A DNA stretch of 63,690 bases, counting the filler. It is 6 parts of 6 records of this genome, joined end to end, with 100 filler letters (N's around TTAATTAATTAA, not from the genome) between each part and the next. Parts side by side here need not be neighbours in the genome. Positions count along the whole stretch, not along the records: positions 43,549 to 50,193 come from SRR31156797_6189; positions 50,294 to 57,591 come from SRR31156797_6197; positions 57,692 to 63,690 come from SRR31156797_6206; 3 more parts are not named here. The stretch is one strand, 5' to 3'. Under the pieces are notes generated by a model that saw nothing but the letters and a program-made list of their open reading frames with translations, did not search any database and had not been told where the DNA came from. Every line of letters starts with the position of its first letter. The stretch's first letter is position 1. Made by a program: the position numbers and the translations under genes. Below, one piece after another: positions 48,753-60,438 of the stretch.

Positions 48753-49589
48753 TTAGAATTTTAGCGTCAGCCCGGACCCGACTTCCTTGAGCGGACATTT
48801 TTTTGCCATGACGATTTTGGCGGCGAGGTCGGTACAATGGCAGGCGTATAGGTTTTCCAGACTCAATGCGGCCAGATAGTCCGTGGTCGGATCAAGTCGT
48901 TCCGGTTTGGCCTGTTGCAAGTGGAAGCCGCCGAGGACCGTGCGGACTTTGTCCACACCTGTGAGGCGCTTCGCCTGTTCGACGGTATTACAAATACCGG
49001 CGTGAGCGCAGCCGGAGATAACCACCAGTCCAGAATCCGAGACATAGGCCAGAGCGGTGTCGTCTGGCATGTCGTCAGGTACTGGCCCATTTTCTTCAAT
49101 GCGTTCACCCAGTGGAGCGGGCGGTTCGAAGTCCATGACGCGTTCAATTTCTCCGAGCGTGACCAATGTGTCCGTGAGCCAAACCGGCTTGTCGGTCAGG
49201 TTCAATTCAAACTGGCGTGATAATTTTTCTTCTGCCAGCAACATACCGAGTTCCGGCACTGCACTTTTTCGTTTGGACGTGAAGGCCTGCGGATGGGCTA
49301 CAATCCGAGGGCGTGCGTGCGGCTGTTTATGAATAGCCGCCTCAAAATGATGGCGAATCAGATAATCCAACCCCCATGTGTGATCAAAGTGACCGTGAGA
49401 CAGGGCAATCCAATCTAGATTGAGCAGGTCGATCCCCTTGCGCTGTGCGTTGATCAAAAAGGCGTCGGAATATCCGGCGTCGAAAAGTATGTTTTTGCCG
49501 TCATCCTGAATAAACATGGACAGTGCGGGTTCAGCCAGAAATTGGGTGCCGATGAGTGAATTGTTATCGACGAGAAAGGTCAGTTCCAT
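48753..49589 (-). CDS. MBL-fold metallo-hydrolase
   Basis: LFDAG, SHGHFDH, ISGCAHAG, GGFHL, CHCT. Confidence 0.9.
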   Translation of the reverse strand: MELTFLVDNNSLIGTQFLAEPALSMFIQDDGKNILFDAGYSDAFLINAQRKGIDLLNLDWIALSHGHFDHTWGLDYLIRHHFEAAIHKQPHARPRIVAHPQAFTSKRKSAVPELGMLLAEEKLSRQFELNLTDKPVWLTDTLVTLGEIERVMDFEPPAPLGERIEENGPVPDDMPDDTALAYVSDSGLVVISGCAHAGICNTVEQAKRLTGVDKVRTVLGGFHLQQAKPERLDPTTDYLAALSLENLYACHCTDLAAKIVMAKKCPLKEVGSGLTLKF

Positions 49590-49648
49590 GGGAGGGCTCC
49601 GGGTTATTGTCACTGGAATCAATTGCGGAAACAGTCTATGCTCTTCCC

Positions 49649-50140
49649 ATGAATTCTCGCAACCTCGTTTTATCACTTTTCCTGTTGTCTCTGTTGACTT
49701 TTTTTCCGGGTCACGCTTCGGCCCTTGATGTCCAATTCCTTCATATAATAGATGGGGACTCTTTGGTGGTCGTGTCTGGTGGCGATTCCGTCGAGGTCCG
49801 GCTTATCGGTGTGGATGCCCCGGAATATCGACAGGAATACAGTAACAAGGCCAAAGTCTTTTCCCTGAAATTCTGCCATGGCAAACGTCTGAAATTGGTC
49901 TTTGATCGAGAGAAAAAGGACCGTTACGGCAGAACGCTCGCCTATGTCTATGCCGACGGCGAAATGCTCAATAAAGCCATCATCCAAGCTGGATTGGCCC
50001 TTGCCTTTAAGGTTAAGCCCAACACCAGATATTCCTCTCTTTTCAAGGCTGTTGAGAAAGAAGCCAAGAAAGCGAAGCGAGGCTTTTGGCGATTCGGTGG
50101 TTTGAAACAAACTCCTGCTCAATGGCGTAGGGCTCATTAG
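49649..50140 (+). CDS. thermonuclease (SNase) family protein
   Basis: Signal peptide, IDGDS, VRLIGVDAPE, DRYGRTLAYV. Confidence 0.9.
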   Translation: MNSRNLVLSLFLLSLLTFFPGHASALDVQFLHIIDGDSLVVVSGGDSVEVRLIGVDAPEYRQEYSNKAKVFSLKFCHGKRLKLVFDREKKDRYGRTLAYVYADGEMLNKAIIQAGLALAFKVKPNTRYSSLFKAVEKEAKKAKRGFWRFGGLKQTPAQWRRAH

Positions 50141-50193
50141 TCGGCTTGCGATAGCGGCACATCTGCACATTTTTCGGCCTTGCCGAGTCCTCA

Positions 50194-50293
50194 NNNNNNN
50201 NNNNNNNNNNNNNNNNNNNNNNNNNNNNNNNNNNNNNTTAATTAATTAANNNNNNNNNNNNNNNNNNNNNNNNNNNNNNNNNNNNNNNNNNNN
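50194..50293. other. artificial contig spacer
   Basis: N44-TTAATTAATTAA-N44. Confidence 0.99.
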
Positions 50294-52235
50294 CTGGTAT
50301 CTCAACAAATACAAAATCAAAATCTTCAAAATTCACATGTTCAAGTTCCGGATCCAACTCCTTTATTTTTGCAACCTTATGAAAAGAATTATCGATTTTG
50401 TAATTATACATATCTACTCCTGCAATTGGCTCAACTGTTTCGTTTGTTACAAATAAAGTTTTATAACCAATTGATGCCAGTTTTTGCAGCAAAAGAACCA
50501 GTAATAACGATTTTCCTTCTTTACCAGTGGTACTAAACACCAGGTTCGAATCGGCAATATGTGAAGGATTACCACTTTGTTCTTTATTAAAAATCAGCCT
50601 GCGGGCAATGGCTTCAAGTGCGCCGCTTTTGACCATCTCAAGGTCAATCCTTTTTGAAACCTTGGTTATACGCGGAAAAACTGATGCAACTTTAAGACCG
50701 GTAAGTTTTTCTGCTCGTTGTGCAGTTTTTATATTCTGATCCAGAAAATCCAGAATGATTATTAATGAGGCAGGAATAATAAATCCAATCATTAGTCCAA
50801 TCAGCAATAACATTTTTCGCTTACTTGGCTCCGATTTTAGCGGGAATAATGGTGGTTCTAATACCCTTAAGTTCGAATTTAGCTCAACATTTTGTTGTTT
50901 TAATTTCGCTACATTCAAACTATGAAGTATTGAAAGGTATTCTCGTTCAGCAATGTCAATCTTACGTTCAAGACGCTTCATGGTAGCTCCCTTTGGAGCA
51001 TAGTCGCTAATAACTCTTCTAAACTCTTCCTTTTTTTGTGTACCCACAAAAAGTTTTGCCTTCGCGGCTTCGTAATTTACTACTTCTTCCAACCACTCTG
51101 TTAATACCGAGTTAGAGGTTATTCCGTCAATGCTGTTATCAATAAAATAAGAACGTTCAACCGAGTTTCTTAATTCATCCTGGAGTTTATACGATTCTAT
51201 TTGTAACTGAGCAATCTCATCATCATATTGTTGTGTGTTAAGCGAATCAAATCTAAGCTGGTATTCTTTCGTAGCTATTTGCATGTTAATATTTGCCAGC
51301 TTATTTCTTAATTCAACAATATTAGAATTATTTAATTGCTTTTTTTGCTGAGCAGTTAGTTTATTCTCCAGAACCTTTAATACTGATTCAGAAGCTGCCA
51401 GATCCATTTTTATTTCGTTGTATTTTGCCGAAAACAATTCTTTTTGAGCAACGATGTGTTCGGTTTGTTCATAGTAGTTAATAATGTTATTCTTCTTGTT
51501 AAACTGTAGCAGCTCATCTTCTGCCATATCCAGTTTGCCTTTAGCATCGTCCAACTGTGCCTGAAAGTACTTTAATATCGCATCTGACTGATTGATTTTT
51601 ACCGATGAATAACTGTTAATAAAAACTTCGGTTAATATCTCGAGTGTTTTTTGACAAATTCCAGGATCTGTTGATCGATACTTAACCTCTATCATATCGC
51701 TCGAGCTTATTCGCCTTGCCTTTAGTTTTCCGGCAATTTTCCCATAACTATAATCGGGATGGTTTAATACTGCGAGCTTATAAATAAAGTTTGAAAAGTT
51801 TTGCTCTTTAAAAGCTAAAAAGGCCTGGTAAGTTCTATCAAAATCGCCTTTAACAACCAGGTCTTTTACTTCCTGTGGAACAATTCGCATTAATTTACGA
51901 TAAGACTCACTACTGATTATCTCTGAGCTTGGCCCCTCTTGTATCATGTGCAAGGTAAACAACTTTAAACCAACCTCTTCGAGTGTTTCCCGCGACTTTA
52001 CAATATTAATCAGGTTGTCGAAAGCGATCATTGTACTTAAACGGTCGACCTTACTATTTTCAAGCGATGTTAAACTTGAACCAGAAGCTATTCCGGTATA
52101 AATATTTGTAAAAGAAGTATACGACTTAGGCTCTCCTTTAGTGGAATAAAAAATTACTGCAAACAGAACAATTGGTCCTAAAATGAGGATATAAATATGC
52201 CTTAACAGTAACCTTATGAAGTATAGTATATTCAA
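50294..52235 (-). CDS. GumC/Wzc-like polysaccharide co-polymerase (3' end cut)
   Basis: N-terminal TM, long coiled coil, P..P..SKR plus TM, degenerate Walker A STTGKEGKS. Confidence 0.8.
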
Positions 52236-53005
52236 TTCGCCTGGTTTAAATTAATTTTTATCCCTACTGTTTCCTGTAATAGATGCAATGCCGTTGAAAA
52301 TTCAATCTTAGCTTCTTCAAGCCCTAGCTTTGCATTAAAATACCTGCTTTGTTGATTGGAATAACTCGACAAACTTATTTGTCCTTTTTTATAGTTTACT
52401 TCCGAATTCATCGTCTGCAACTTAGCTGTCTCGTATTCAGCGATTGACAACGATAATTTAGCATAAGACTTTAGCACATTACCATACTGTACAATAACAA
52501 GTTTTCTTAATTCCTGTATTGTTCGTTCTCGCTGATATCCAAGTCGTACGGCCTCGTTTTCCGCCATTTCTTTTTCTGAATTATCAAAAAACCTGGAGAT
52601 TGGCACTTTTAGCATTACACCAATGCTATAGCGTGCCTGTTTGGTACTATGAGTTGTTACATCATCAATTCCCAGGTCTTCTGTAAGAATAAGGTTATCA
52701 AATACCCCATATTTGGCCGAGCCGTCAATACTAAAATAGGTCAGCCAATCCTTCTTTTCTGAAGTTACTTTTAATTCCTGGATAATAATGTCTGCATCAA
52801 TCATTTTTAGCAAAGGAGAATGTATTTCAGCAGCATCGAGCAAGCTTTGAAGAGAAGGAAGTCGCTTTGAAATATCATTCTGCTCCAAATTACTTTCCAA
52901 TTTAACCTGTGCTTCCTGCGCAATCAGTTCCATACCAACTACCACAAACACAAGAATCAATATTATTTTACACACTCGAATATTCATTTCAATATGGCTA
53001 AACAT
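52232..53005 (-). CDS. short TolC-family outer-membrane protein
   Basis: Signal peptide, A..HSPLLK, VPIS, single OEP repeat. Confidence 0.7.
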   Translation of the reverse strand: MFSHIEMNIRVCKIILILVFVVVGMELIAQEAQVKLESNLEQNDISKRLPSLQSLLDAAEIHSPLLKMIDADIIIQELKVTSEKKDWLTYFSIDGSAKYGVFDNLILTEDLGIDDVTTHSTKQARYSIGVMLKVPISRFFDNSEKEMAENEAVRLGYQRERTIQELRKLVIVQYGNVLKSYAKLSLSIAEYETAKLQTMNSEVNYKKGQISLSSYSNQQSRYFNAKLGLEEAKIEFSTALHLLQETVGIKINLNQAN

Positions 53006-54203
53006 TTTCCTTTTGAAATACTGCCTTAAAAGTTCTGATTATAATCCATATATCCTTCCAAAAAGAGAATCTACTGTTGGCTATTTCCGAATAGGTATTA
53101 TCCAGTTGTTTACGCTCTTCCGGAGACATTTTAGAGGTTTTTCCTCTTGCTTCAACCTGCCACAAACCAGTAATGCCAGCAGGACCATTAAACCTGTCTG
53201 TCCAGTTATCGGTAGTCAGTAATTCTGCTTCGTAAAGAGGTAAAGGTCTGTTTCCAACAATCGACATATCTCCTTTTAAAACATTTATTAGCTGTGGTAA
53301 CTCATCAATACTAAGTTTGCGAATAATATGACCAACCTTTGTAATCCTTGGATCATTCTCAAATTTTACAAAAGCACTTTCCTGGTCCTCCTTCTTATGT
53401 TGAATATGCGAAGCCTCATCCACCTCTAAATCATCACCAAATAAAATTGTTCCATCTATGTTGTTCTCATTCGTACTGTTTTGTACCTCTTCAACGATAA
53501 TTTCTTGTCCGGTCTCCTCATTTTTATATTGGTTCAGGTGTTGAAACTCTTTTAACCTCCTGTCAGCATCAGGATACATCGATCTTAATTTCAGAAAGTT
53601 AAAAATACGATATCCTGTTCCCACCCTTTTCGAGATATAATATACCTTACCTTTGGACTCAAGGCGTATGGCAATTATAAAAACGATTAATATAGGCGAT
53701 AGCATCAAAAGAGCCAGACCCGAGAATGTGATATCGAAAGAGCGTTTAAAAAACGGAGTTTTATAAATTTCAGTTTCAGGTTCATTCTTTTCTTTATGAA
53801 CCAAGGTAATACGGGGTTTTAATACAGTAAGAGTTTTAATACGGTTGTATACCATAGCGGAATCAACGGGCTTTTGGAACAAATCATCAACCTTTTGAAT
53901 AAAAGCATGCTTTATATCTTCATCTGTTTTTTCCGCTGTTAATACAATAAATGGTATCTGGTTTTCTTTATCAACTTCTTTTATAAACGATTCATGAAAA
54001 TCTATTCCGTTGATACCCGGCAGCTCTTTTTCACAAACAACACCATCAACCCTGTTGCCTTTTTTTAACCAATTTGTAGCACTTAAGGCATTTGGAAACT
54101 GAGTTAAATTTGTTAAACCGGCTTGTTCGTTGAAACAGCTGCTTATCGTTTCGTCCGATCCGATATAAAGAATCGACAATTTCCGTGTTGGTATACCTGC
54201 CAT
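52998..54203 (-). CDS. receiver-domain-fused priming sugar transferase
   Basis: N-terminal REC-like domain; KRSFD, KLRSM, DPRITKVG, SIDELPQL, VGNRP, GITGLWQV. Confidence 0.9.
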   Translation of the reverse strand: MAGIPTRKLSILYIGSDETISSCFNEQAGLTNLTQFPNALSATNWLKKGNRVDGVVCEKELPGINGIDFHESFIKEVDKENQIPFIVLTAEKTDEDIKHAFIQKVDDLFQKPVDSAMVYNRIKTLTVLKPRITLVHKEKNEPETEIYKTPFFKRSFDITFSGLALLMLSPILIVFIIAIRLESKGKVYYISKRVGTGYRIFNFLKLRSMYPDADRRLKEFQHLNQYKNEETGQEIIVEEVQNSTNENNIDGTILFGDDLEVDEASHIQHKKEDQESAFVKFENDPRITKVGHIIRKLSIDELPQLINVLKGDMSIVGNRPLPLYEAELLTTDNWTDRFNGPAGITGLWQVEARGKTSKMSPEERKQLDNTYSEIANSRFSFWKDIWIIIRTFKAVFQKENV

Positions 54204-54213
54204 AACATACGTT

Positions 54214-54579
54214 TTAACGGTTCAACACTCGCTCAATTCTTATCAATAGTTCTTCCGGATTAAACGGTTTTACTAAGTAATCTTCAGCTCCCATTTTTAA
54301 GCACTTAATCCTATCATTACTGCTATCGAGACTACTAAGAACAATTATTGGTACATCTTTAAAATATCCACTCGCTTTAACATGCTCAATCAATTCAAAA
54401 CCATCAAGATTGGGCATTTGCAAATCAGTTAAAATTAAATCGGGAATGTTTCCTTCTTGTAACCAGGTTAAAGCTTGTAATCCATCTTCTTTGGTTTCCA
54501 CCTCAAAATCTTTACTAAGAAACTGTACGATTAGCTTGCTAATTGACGATTTATCGTCAACAACTAAGATTTTTTTCAT
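54214..54579 (-). CDS. single-domain response regulator
   Basis: LVVDD, DLQMP, KPF. Confidence 0.92.
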   Translation of the reverse strand: MKKILVVDDKSSISKLIVQFLSKDFEVETKEDGLQALTWLQEGNIPDLILTDLQMPNLDGFELIEHVKASGYFKDVPIIVLSSLDSSNDRIKCLKMGAEDYLVKPFNPEELLIRIERVLNR

Positions 54580-54706
54580 TGCTTTTAATTAATGGTTTGT
54601 AATTTGTCCTCATAACAAATATATGATACTGATAAAAAAAACTGTCACAAACATGGCCAAATCAGGCTAATTTGAGCAAATACCCCAGGGACTACTTCCA
54701 AATTTC

Positions 54707-55000
54707 TTACCTGATGTTAGGCAAAAAGAAAAACCTTATGTAAAAATACCCAACCGCCTCACTCAAAACTGCCCTAACTCCCCTAATTTTTTGCCACCAT
54801 CGGTCCAAATCATAGCTAAATTCCTCCACCAAAATAACACCAACCTTTATGGTTTCCTTTAAAACCATCTGAAACAAAACTGACCTCGTGCCGCATGACA
54901 ACCAAGGATTAAAACAATAATATTATCTGCGGGATAATTTTTTTAAACAAGTGCCGGGGTGTATGCTCTGTTTCGTACAACATTGTCAGAAGGTAAAGCA
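54707..55000 (-). pseudogene. degenerate YdcF/ElyC-family gene fragment
   Basis: Pieces RNRAYTPAL*, GCHAAR and, after a frameshift, YDLDRWW..GVRAVLSE..Y.Y.RFFF.P; upstream limit approximate. Confidence 0.5.
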
Positions 55001-55301
55001 ATAATATTTACTAAATAAAAACAGGGTTTAATAAAAGTTGTATAAGATTTACCGATGGCTTCTACAATTCCAAAATCAAGCCTCATGCCGTTAAATACTA
55101 AATCTGACCATTTAGGGAATTGGAACGATTTAAATAACCAGGAAAGTAACTACCAAAAATAAAAGAAACTACAACCGTTATTGTCGACGCAAAAACACGC
55201 CCCAACCAGAGAAGGTGATAACATTGCTTCTTTTTGAAAAGCTTTGGATTTGCATTCATTATTACATGATCTTGGCTTATACCAAGTTTCGTAATATTTC
55301 A

Positions 55302-57591
55302 TCAGGAGGTAATAATTTGAAGTACCAATTCTTTTGTTAAATTACGTCCAGCAGCTTTTGCGCGAATTTCATCGAAGGTATAACGAAAATCGCAGCCCTG
55401 TTTCCAATTGCTACACCCGTAAGCGGTTTTACCTTTTACAATATTTCCGATCCCACATTTGGGACATAAAGGCATATCATTGGAAGCATCTTTCTTTTGG
55501 GATGATTTGTTCTCGAACTCTACATTAAAATCAGCGGTAAGTTTCAGCACTCCTTCCACCTTTTCTTCTCCCAGCATAAAACCTTTTAGTTTAGTGGTAG
55601 CTTTTTTTGAGATAAGCCTTTTTATCTGATTATCGCTTAACTTTTTTCCCATAAAAACAAAAGGCAACCTAAAATCGCAGCCCTCTTTCCAGCGGCTACA
55701 TCCATATGCACTCTTTCCCTTTAGAATTTCTCCTTTGGAACACTTTGGACAAACGATCAATGCATCACCAGGTTGTGCTGGTTTTGTTTTAGACTTCTTT
55801 TTCGATGCTTTTGTTTCTGCAGGTTCCGGTGCAGCCAACCTTACAGTTTTTTGTTCTTTCATTACCTCAACAACCAGGTCGTACACCATACGTTTCATAT
55901 CGAAGATAAACTTCCTGGCGTTGTAATCGCCCTGCTCAATTTCGCGCAAACGTTTTTCCCACTGGCCGGTCAATTCTGCCGATTTGAGCAGTTCATTCCG
56001 GATGGTATCAATCAACTGTATTCCCACCCGGGTAGGATGAATCTGCTTTTTCTGACGTTCAATGTATTTCCTTCTGAAAAGTGTTTCAATAATGGCTGCA
56101 CGTGTTGATGGCCTTCCTATTCCGTTGGCTTTCATCAGGTCACGTAACTCTTCATCATCCACATTCTTACCGGCTGTTTCCATTGCGCGCAATAATGAAG
56201 CTTCGGTATAATAACGCGGTGGTTTTGTTTCTTTTTCAGTAAAAGATGGTTCATGCGGGCCGTGCTCTCCTTTAACAAAAGCGGGTAGTATTTTTTCATC
56301 GTCTGCTCCTTTGTTCTCCGTCTTCTCCGACTGGAATAATACCCGCCACCCCGGATCCAGTATTTCTTTACCGGAAGCCACAAACTGAACTCCTACTACC
56401 TCGGCTTTTACCTGTGTTTTTGCAACTTTACAATCGGGATAAAAGGTTGCTATAAACCGACGAACAATGCTATCGTAAACATTTTTTTCATTTCCACCCA
56501 AAAGTTTCTCCTCACCAGTAGGAATAATCGCGTGGTGATCGGTTACCTTTTTATCGTTAAAAACTTTAGCTGATTTTCGAATTGTTTTCCCCTGCAGCGG
56601 CTGTATAAACTTTTCGTAGGCTTTTAATCCTTTTAAAATGCCAGGTACTTTAGGATACAGATCAGTTGGCAAAAAGGTAGTATCAACACGTGGATAAGTT
56701 ACTACTTTCATTTCGTAAAGTCGCTGAATGGTTTTAAGCGTTTCATCGGCAGTAAGTCCAAAGCGGTTGTTACAATGTACCTGCAAACTGGTAAGATCGA
56801 AAAGTTTAGGAGCATATTCCTTTCCATCCTTTTTTTCTACTTCAGTAATAAAAAGATCTTTACCCAAAACCTGCTTCAACAGTTTTTCCCCATCTTCCTT
56901 TTTAAAGAACTTACCTTCAGTATTGCTAAAAACCGTGTCGCGGTATAGGGTTTGTAACTCCCAGTAAGGCTGAGGTTTAAAATTTGTTATTTCGTAGTAC
57001 CGCTGTACAAGCATCGCCAGCGTTGGCGTTTGTACCCGTCCGATTGACAACACCTGTTTGTAGCCACCATATTTTAAAGTGTACAAACGTGTGGCATTCA
57101 TCCCTAATAGCCAATCACCAATAGCTCGTGAACTACCGGCGTAATATAAATTATCAAAATCAGTAGCAGGAAGTAGTTTTTGAAATCCGTTTTTTATAGC
57201 TTCTGTTGTTAATGATGAAATCCACAATCGCTGAACCTCTCCTTTGTATCCCGCCTCTTTCATCACCCAACGCTGTATTAGCTCTCCTTCCTGACCAGCA
57301 TCACCACAATTTATTACAAGATTGGTTTTTGAGAGCAGATCTTTTATGACATTAAATTGTTTGGTAACACCTCCATCGCCTGTCATAACTTTTGTCTCGA
57401 AACGTTCGGGAAGCATTGGTAAGGTAGCCATATCCCATTTTTTCCAGCTGGCATTATAATCCTCGGGAGGCCAAAGCGTACAAAAATGGCCAAAGGTCCA
57501 GGTTACCTGGTAACCATTTCCTTCGTAATAACCACCTTTACGGGTATTTGCTCCAATAACCTGGGCAATTTCTTTGGCAACACTTGGTTTC
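55302..57591 (-). CDS. topB: DNA topoisomerase III (5' end cut by contig edge)
   Basis: Frame extends to KPSVAKEIA..VTWTFGH; DAGQEGE, GRVQTPTL, TYPRVD, GRPSTRA, C-terminal zinc ribbons. Confidence 0.93.
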
Positions 57592-57691
57592 NNNNNNNNN
57601 NNNNNNNNNNNNNNNNNNNNNNNNNNNNNNNNNNNTTAATTAATTAANNNNNNNNNNNNNNNNNNNNNNNNNNNNNNNNNNNNNNNNNNNN
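57592..57691. other. artificial contig spacer
   Basis: N44-TTAATTAATTAA-N44. Confidence 0.99.
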
Positions 57692-58064
57692 GCAAATTTA
57701 AAGCAAGCTTTATTTGCACTCACTTATCGCAATAATTCAAGACTACGTCTGCTTTGCTATAAAAACTACAGCTCTTTTGTCTAAATCGCGAAAACTCCTA
57801 CTCTCCTGCGTCGAGTACTCAGACAGTTCGCAATTAATTACGACAAAACAACTTTGTTTTTATGCTCACCAGTCGAGGTCGAGGTTGAAATAAGATGGCA
57901 AAATATTATTTCAGAATTTAGAATTAAAATACACTTACAATACTAAGCGGAACTTTGGAAAGGATCAAAAAGAATCAACGAACGCTGTTTTTTTATCAAC
58001 CAATTCGATTGACGGAACTTGTTGAGTAGAATTATAAGTGTATTAACCAGCATCTAAGAAGTAC

Positions 58065-58369
58065 TTGCGCACAAATGCACAAACTAGTTTTGGCTGGATA
58101 GATGCTTGCACATGTATGCAAAGCTTATTTTTGAAAAAGGTTGGCCTTGCACGTTTGTATTTTACTCATTTTTCATTTGGGATGAGCCTTGCACAAGTGT
58201 GCAAAGCTTGGTTTTAAAAAAAGATGACCATGCACACTTGTGCAAAGCCATCATTTTTTCAAATTGCCTCTTGCACGAACGTGCAAACACCATTTGTAAT
58301 TTTTTTTGCCCTTTGCACGTTTGTGCAAGCTTCCCTTTTATAAAGTTTGGTCTTTGCACGCTTGAGCAA
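58065..58369. repeat. array of 8 palindromic TTGCAC-N4-GTGCAA units with a 41-42 bp period
   Basis: Units start at 58065, 58106, 58147, 58189, 58230, 58271, 58313, 58354; spacers differ from one another. Confidence 0.85.
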
Positions 58370-58411
58370 GGTACTATCTGGAGTTTATTGGATTATGGAA
58401 TGAGGGATTCG

Positions 58412-59047
58412 TTAGTTAATTAAAACTTTTTTAGTCAGTATTTTTTTGTTCTCTATTTCTATTTTAAGAATTACTATTCCCTTATACCGAAGATTATGAA
58501 TAGAAGTGCTTTGTGCAGGATGTGTATAGTTCAAATGGGTGATAAGTTTACCAAGGGTAGTATATATTTCAATATTATTGATGTTTGATTGTGCTGAATT
58601 TATATAAATCGATTTATCCAAATGGTTATAGTATACTTGTAGGGCATCCTCTTTTAGTTTTGAGATAGTGGTAATGATAGCGTATGTATCTAATTCAATC
58701 TCATAAAAATTCTGGTTTTGAAGATCTTTGTTCGTATTGATTACTCCGGTTATTTTTATTGAATCATTTAATTCCAGGTTTATGTTATCTATAATGAGTG
58801 GCCCGTTTACCCATTTCCATGAGTTGTTTATGGAAATAATAAAATTTGCCGTATCATTTTTTAGCGCATAAACAATCCCTGGAATACAGGGGCTATCAAG
58901 ACAAGGATTACTGATTTCTGCAATTTTACCAGTAATGCTTTCCATTTCTTCCTCATTTTGGGCATTTGAGGATAAGCTTGTAAGTGTCAAGAAAAATGTA
59001 AGTAAGAAGATTCGTAAGGTTGTTAAAGCTTGATTTTTAGTTGTCAT
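58412..59047 (-). CDS. secreted protein with a T9SS type A-like C-terminal sorting domain
   Basis: Signal peptide, NPCLDSPCIPG, IEIYTTLGK..GIVILKI..TKKVLIN. Confidence 0.7.
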   Translation of the reverse strand: MTTKNQALTTLRIFLLTFFLTLTSLSSNAQNEEEMESITGKIAEISNPCLDSPCIPGIVYALKNDTANFIISINNSWKWVNGPLIIDNINLELNDSIKITGVINTNKDLQNQNFYEIELDTYAIITTISKLKEDALQVYYNHLDKSIYINSAQSNINNIEIYTTLGKLITHLNYTHPAQSTSIHNLRYKGIVILKIEIENKKILTKKVLIN

Positions 59048-59187
59048 AATAAAAGTGGTGAATTGGTTATTTGTTATGTAAATAAACAGAGAATTGATTA
59101 AACACAATATCAATTAATCAAAAAACAATATCATGTTTTCAATGCTAGAATTCTGATTGAAACTCCAATCTACCAATTACAATGCTC

Positions 59188-60426
59188 CTAAAAACTATAC
59201 TTTAATCGAAGGAAACCATAATGAACTGTTTGTTGCAGTATATCTCCACTAAAGGAATCCGGGAACCGACCGTGAAATACCTGCCAGTATACCGAAGCGT
59301 TAAAGTTATCGGACAGGCTGTAATCCCATGATGGGCCAAGGAATATTCCTTTAATATCGGGATGTGGATAAAAGATGGTCGCCAGAGAAATATTGGATAA
59401 AGGGCTGGCCTGAAACATGGCACTGGCCAGAAACTGAAAAGGGGAGATGGCTAAATCTTTTACTGAATTAGGAGCGGCATAGGCATCAAAGTAATTGATG
59501 GTTTTGCTGTCAGGAAAATGCGCCAGCATCATTTCTCCCTGTAAAGTCCATTTAGAACAGAGTGTAAAATCCATACCGGTTGATAGCATCACAACTCCAG
59601 TTGTATCGGAAAAATTTTCGAAAGGCTGATACCAGGCTAATTCACCACGCCAGCTGGCATTTTTAATGTAGCCCGACCAGCCCAATCCTAAGGCTAAATC
59701 GTTTCCTTTTAATACACCGCCAATAAACTGAAAATCGTAATTCTTAAAGTTAGCATTCCACTTTGCTGCAGCGGTTAACTGACGGGCGCTATCTATGCTG
59801 GCAGCCATTTCAATAGAAGTGGTAGCTCCGGTGTAATACATCAGGCGGGCTGCGTCAACTCCTGGTTTTTCTTCGTAATCAAAATCAAAATAGGAGTAGG
59901 TGTTAAACATATCGTTTGGGTTGAAAGCAAAAGTTTTTCCCCAGTTAATACGTTGTTTTCCCAGAGTTACATCAAACTGACCGCTGGTGTATTCAGCATA
60001 TAAACGGTCAAAGGCCATGTTAAAAATATAACTGTTGCCAGATGCTACATTAAGCGAAGTATTAACGAAATTACCAGTGTTCTCGTAACTATCTTTTAGT
60101 GCACCGGTAAAGTCCAATCGCACCTGATCGCCCACCAATAATCGGTTGCGCATTTGAGCCGAAAAAGTCAGTTTATCATTGGCATAATAAAATACATTCA
60201 ATCTATTTTGAAAATTGATATTGGTATTGTACAAATGATGGTCACCTTTCGAAAAATCTTCTATAATCTCAGGTAAATCATCCGGTAATGCCGAAATAGA
60301 TACAGATTGCATATTGGTGAGATAACCGTTTATTTCCCATTTTGAGGCAGCACTGTTTTTCTGCGACTGCATATGAACAGCAACTAAAAGCGATAACAGC
60401 ACTGTAGCTATGATTTTTGATTTCAT
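59188..60426 (-). CDS. outer-membrane beta-barrel protein of the ABC cassette
   Basis: Signal peptide, DRLY, LGKQRINWG, NPNDMF, PGVDA, terminal LKYSF. Confidence 0.75.
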   Translation of the reverse strand: MKSKIIATVLLSLLVAVHMQSQKNSAASKWEINGYLTNMQSVSISALPDDLPEIIEDFSKGDHHLYNTNINFQNRLNVFYYANDKLTFSAQMRNRLLVGDQVRLDFTGALKDSYENTGNFVNTSLNVASGNSYIFNMAFDRLYAEYTSGQFDVTLGKQRINWGKTFAFNPNDMFNTYSYFDFDYEEKPGVDAARLMYYTGATTSIEMAASIDSARQLTAAAKWNANFKNYDFQFIGGVLKGNDLALGLGWSGYIKNASWRGELAWYQPFENFSDTTGVVMLSTGMDFTLCSKWTLQGEMMLAHFPDSKTINYFDAYAAPNSVKDLAISPFQFLASAMFQASPLSNISLATIFYPHPDIKGIFLGPSWDYSLSDNFNASVYWQVFHGRFPDSFSGDILQQTVHYGFLRLKYSF

Positions 60427-60438
60427 TCTTATCTGCAA

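Noticed and set aside
13075-57691. Repeated TTAATTAATTAA inside N runs, and any linkage across them
   Set aside because: Artificial six-frame-stop spacers. Genes on different contigs are not neighbours, and the XXX-LIN tail of ORF 50238-52235 is an artefact.
58065-58369. CRISPR call, and ORFs 58106-58423 and 58162-58359
   Set aside because: Repeats are 16 bp, degenerate and have no cas genes. The 41/42 period breaks frame, so the ORFs are incidental.
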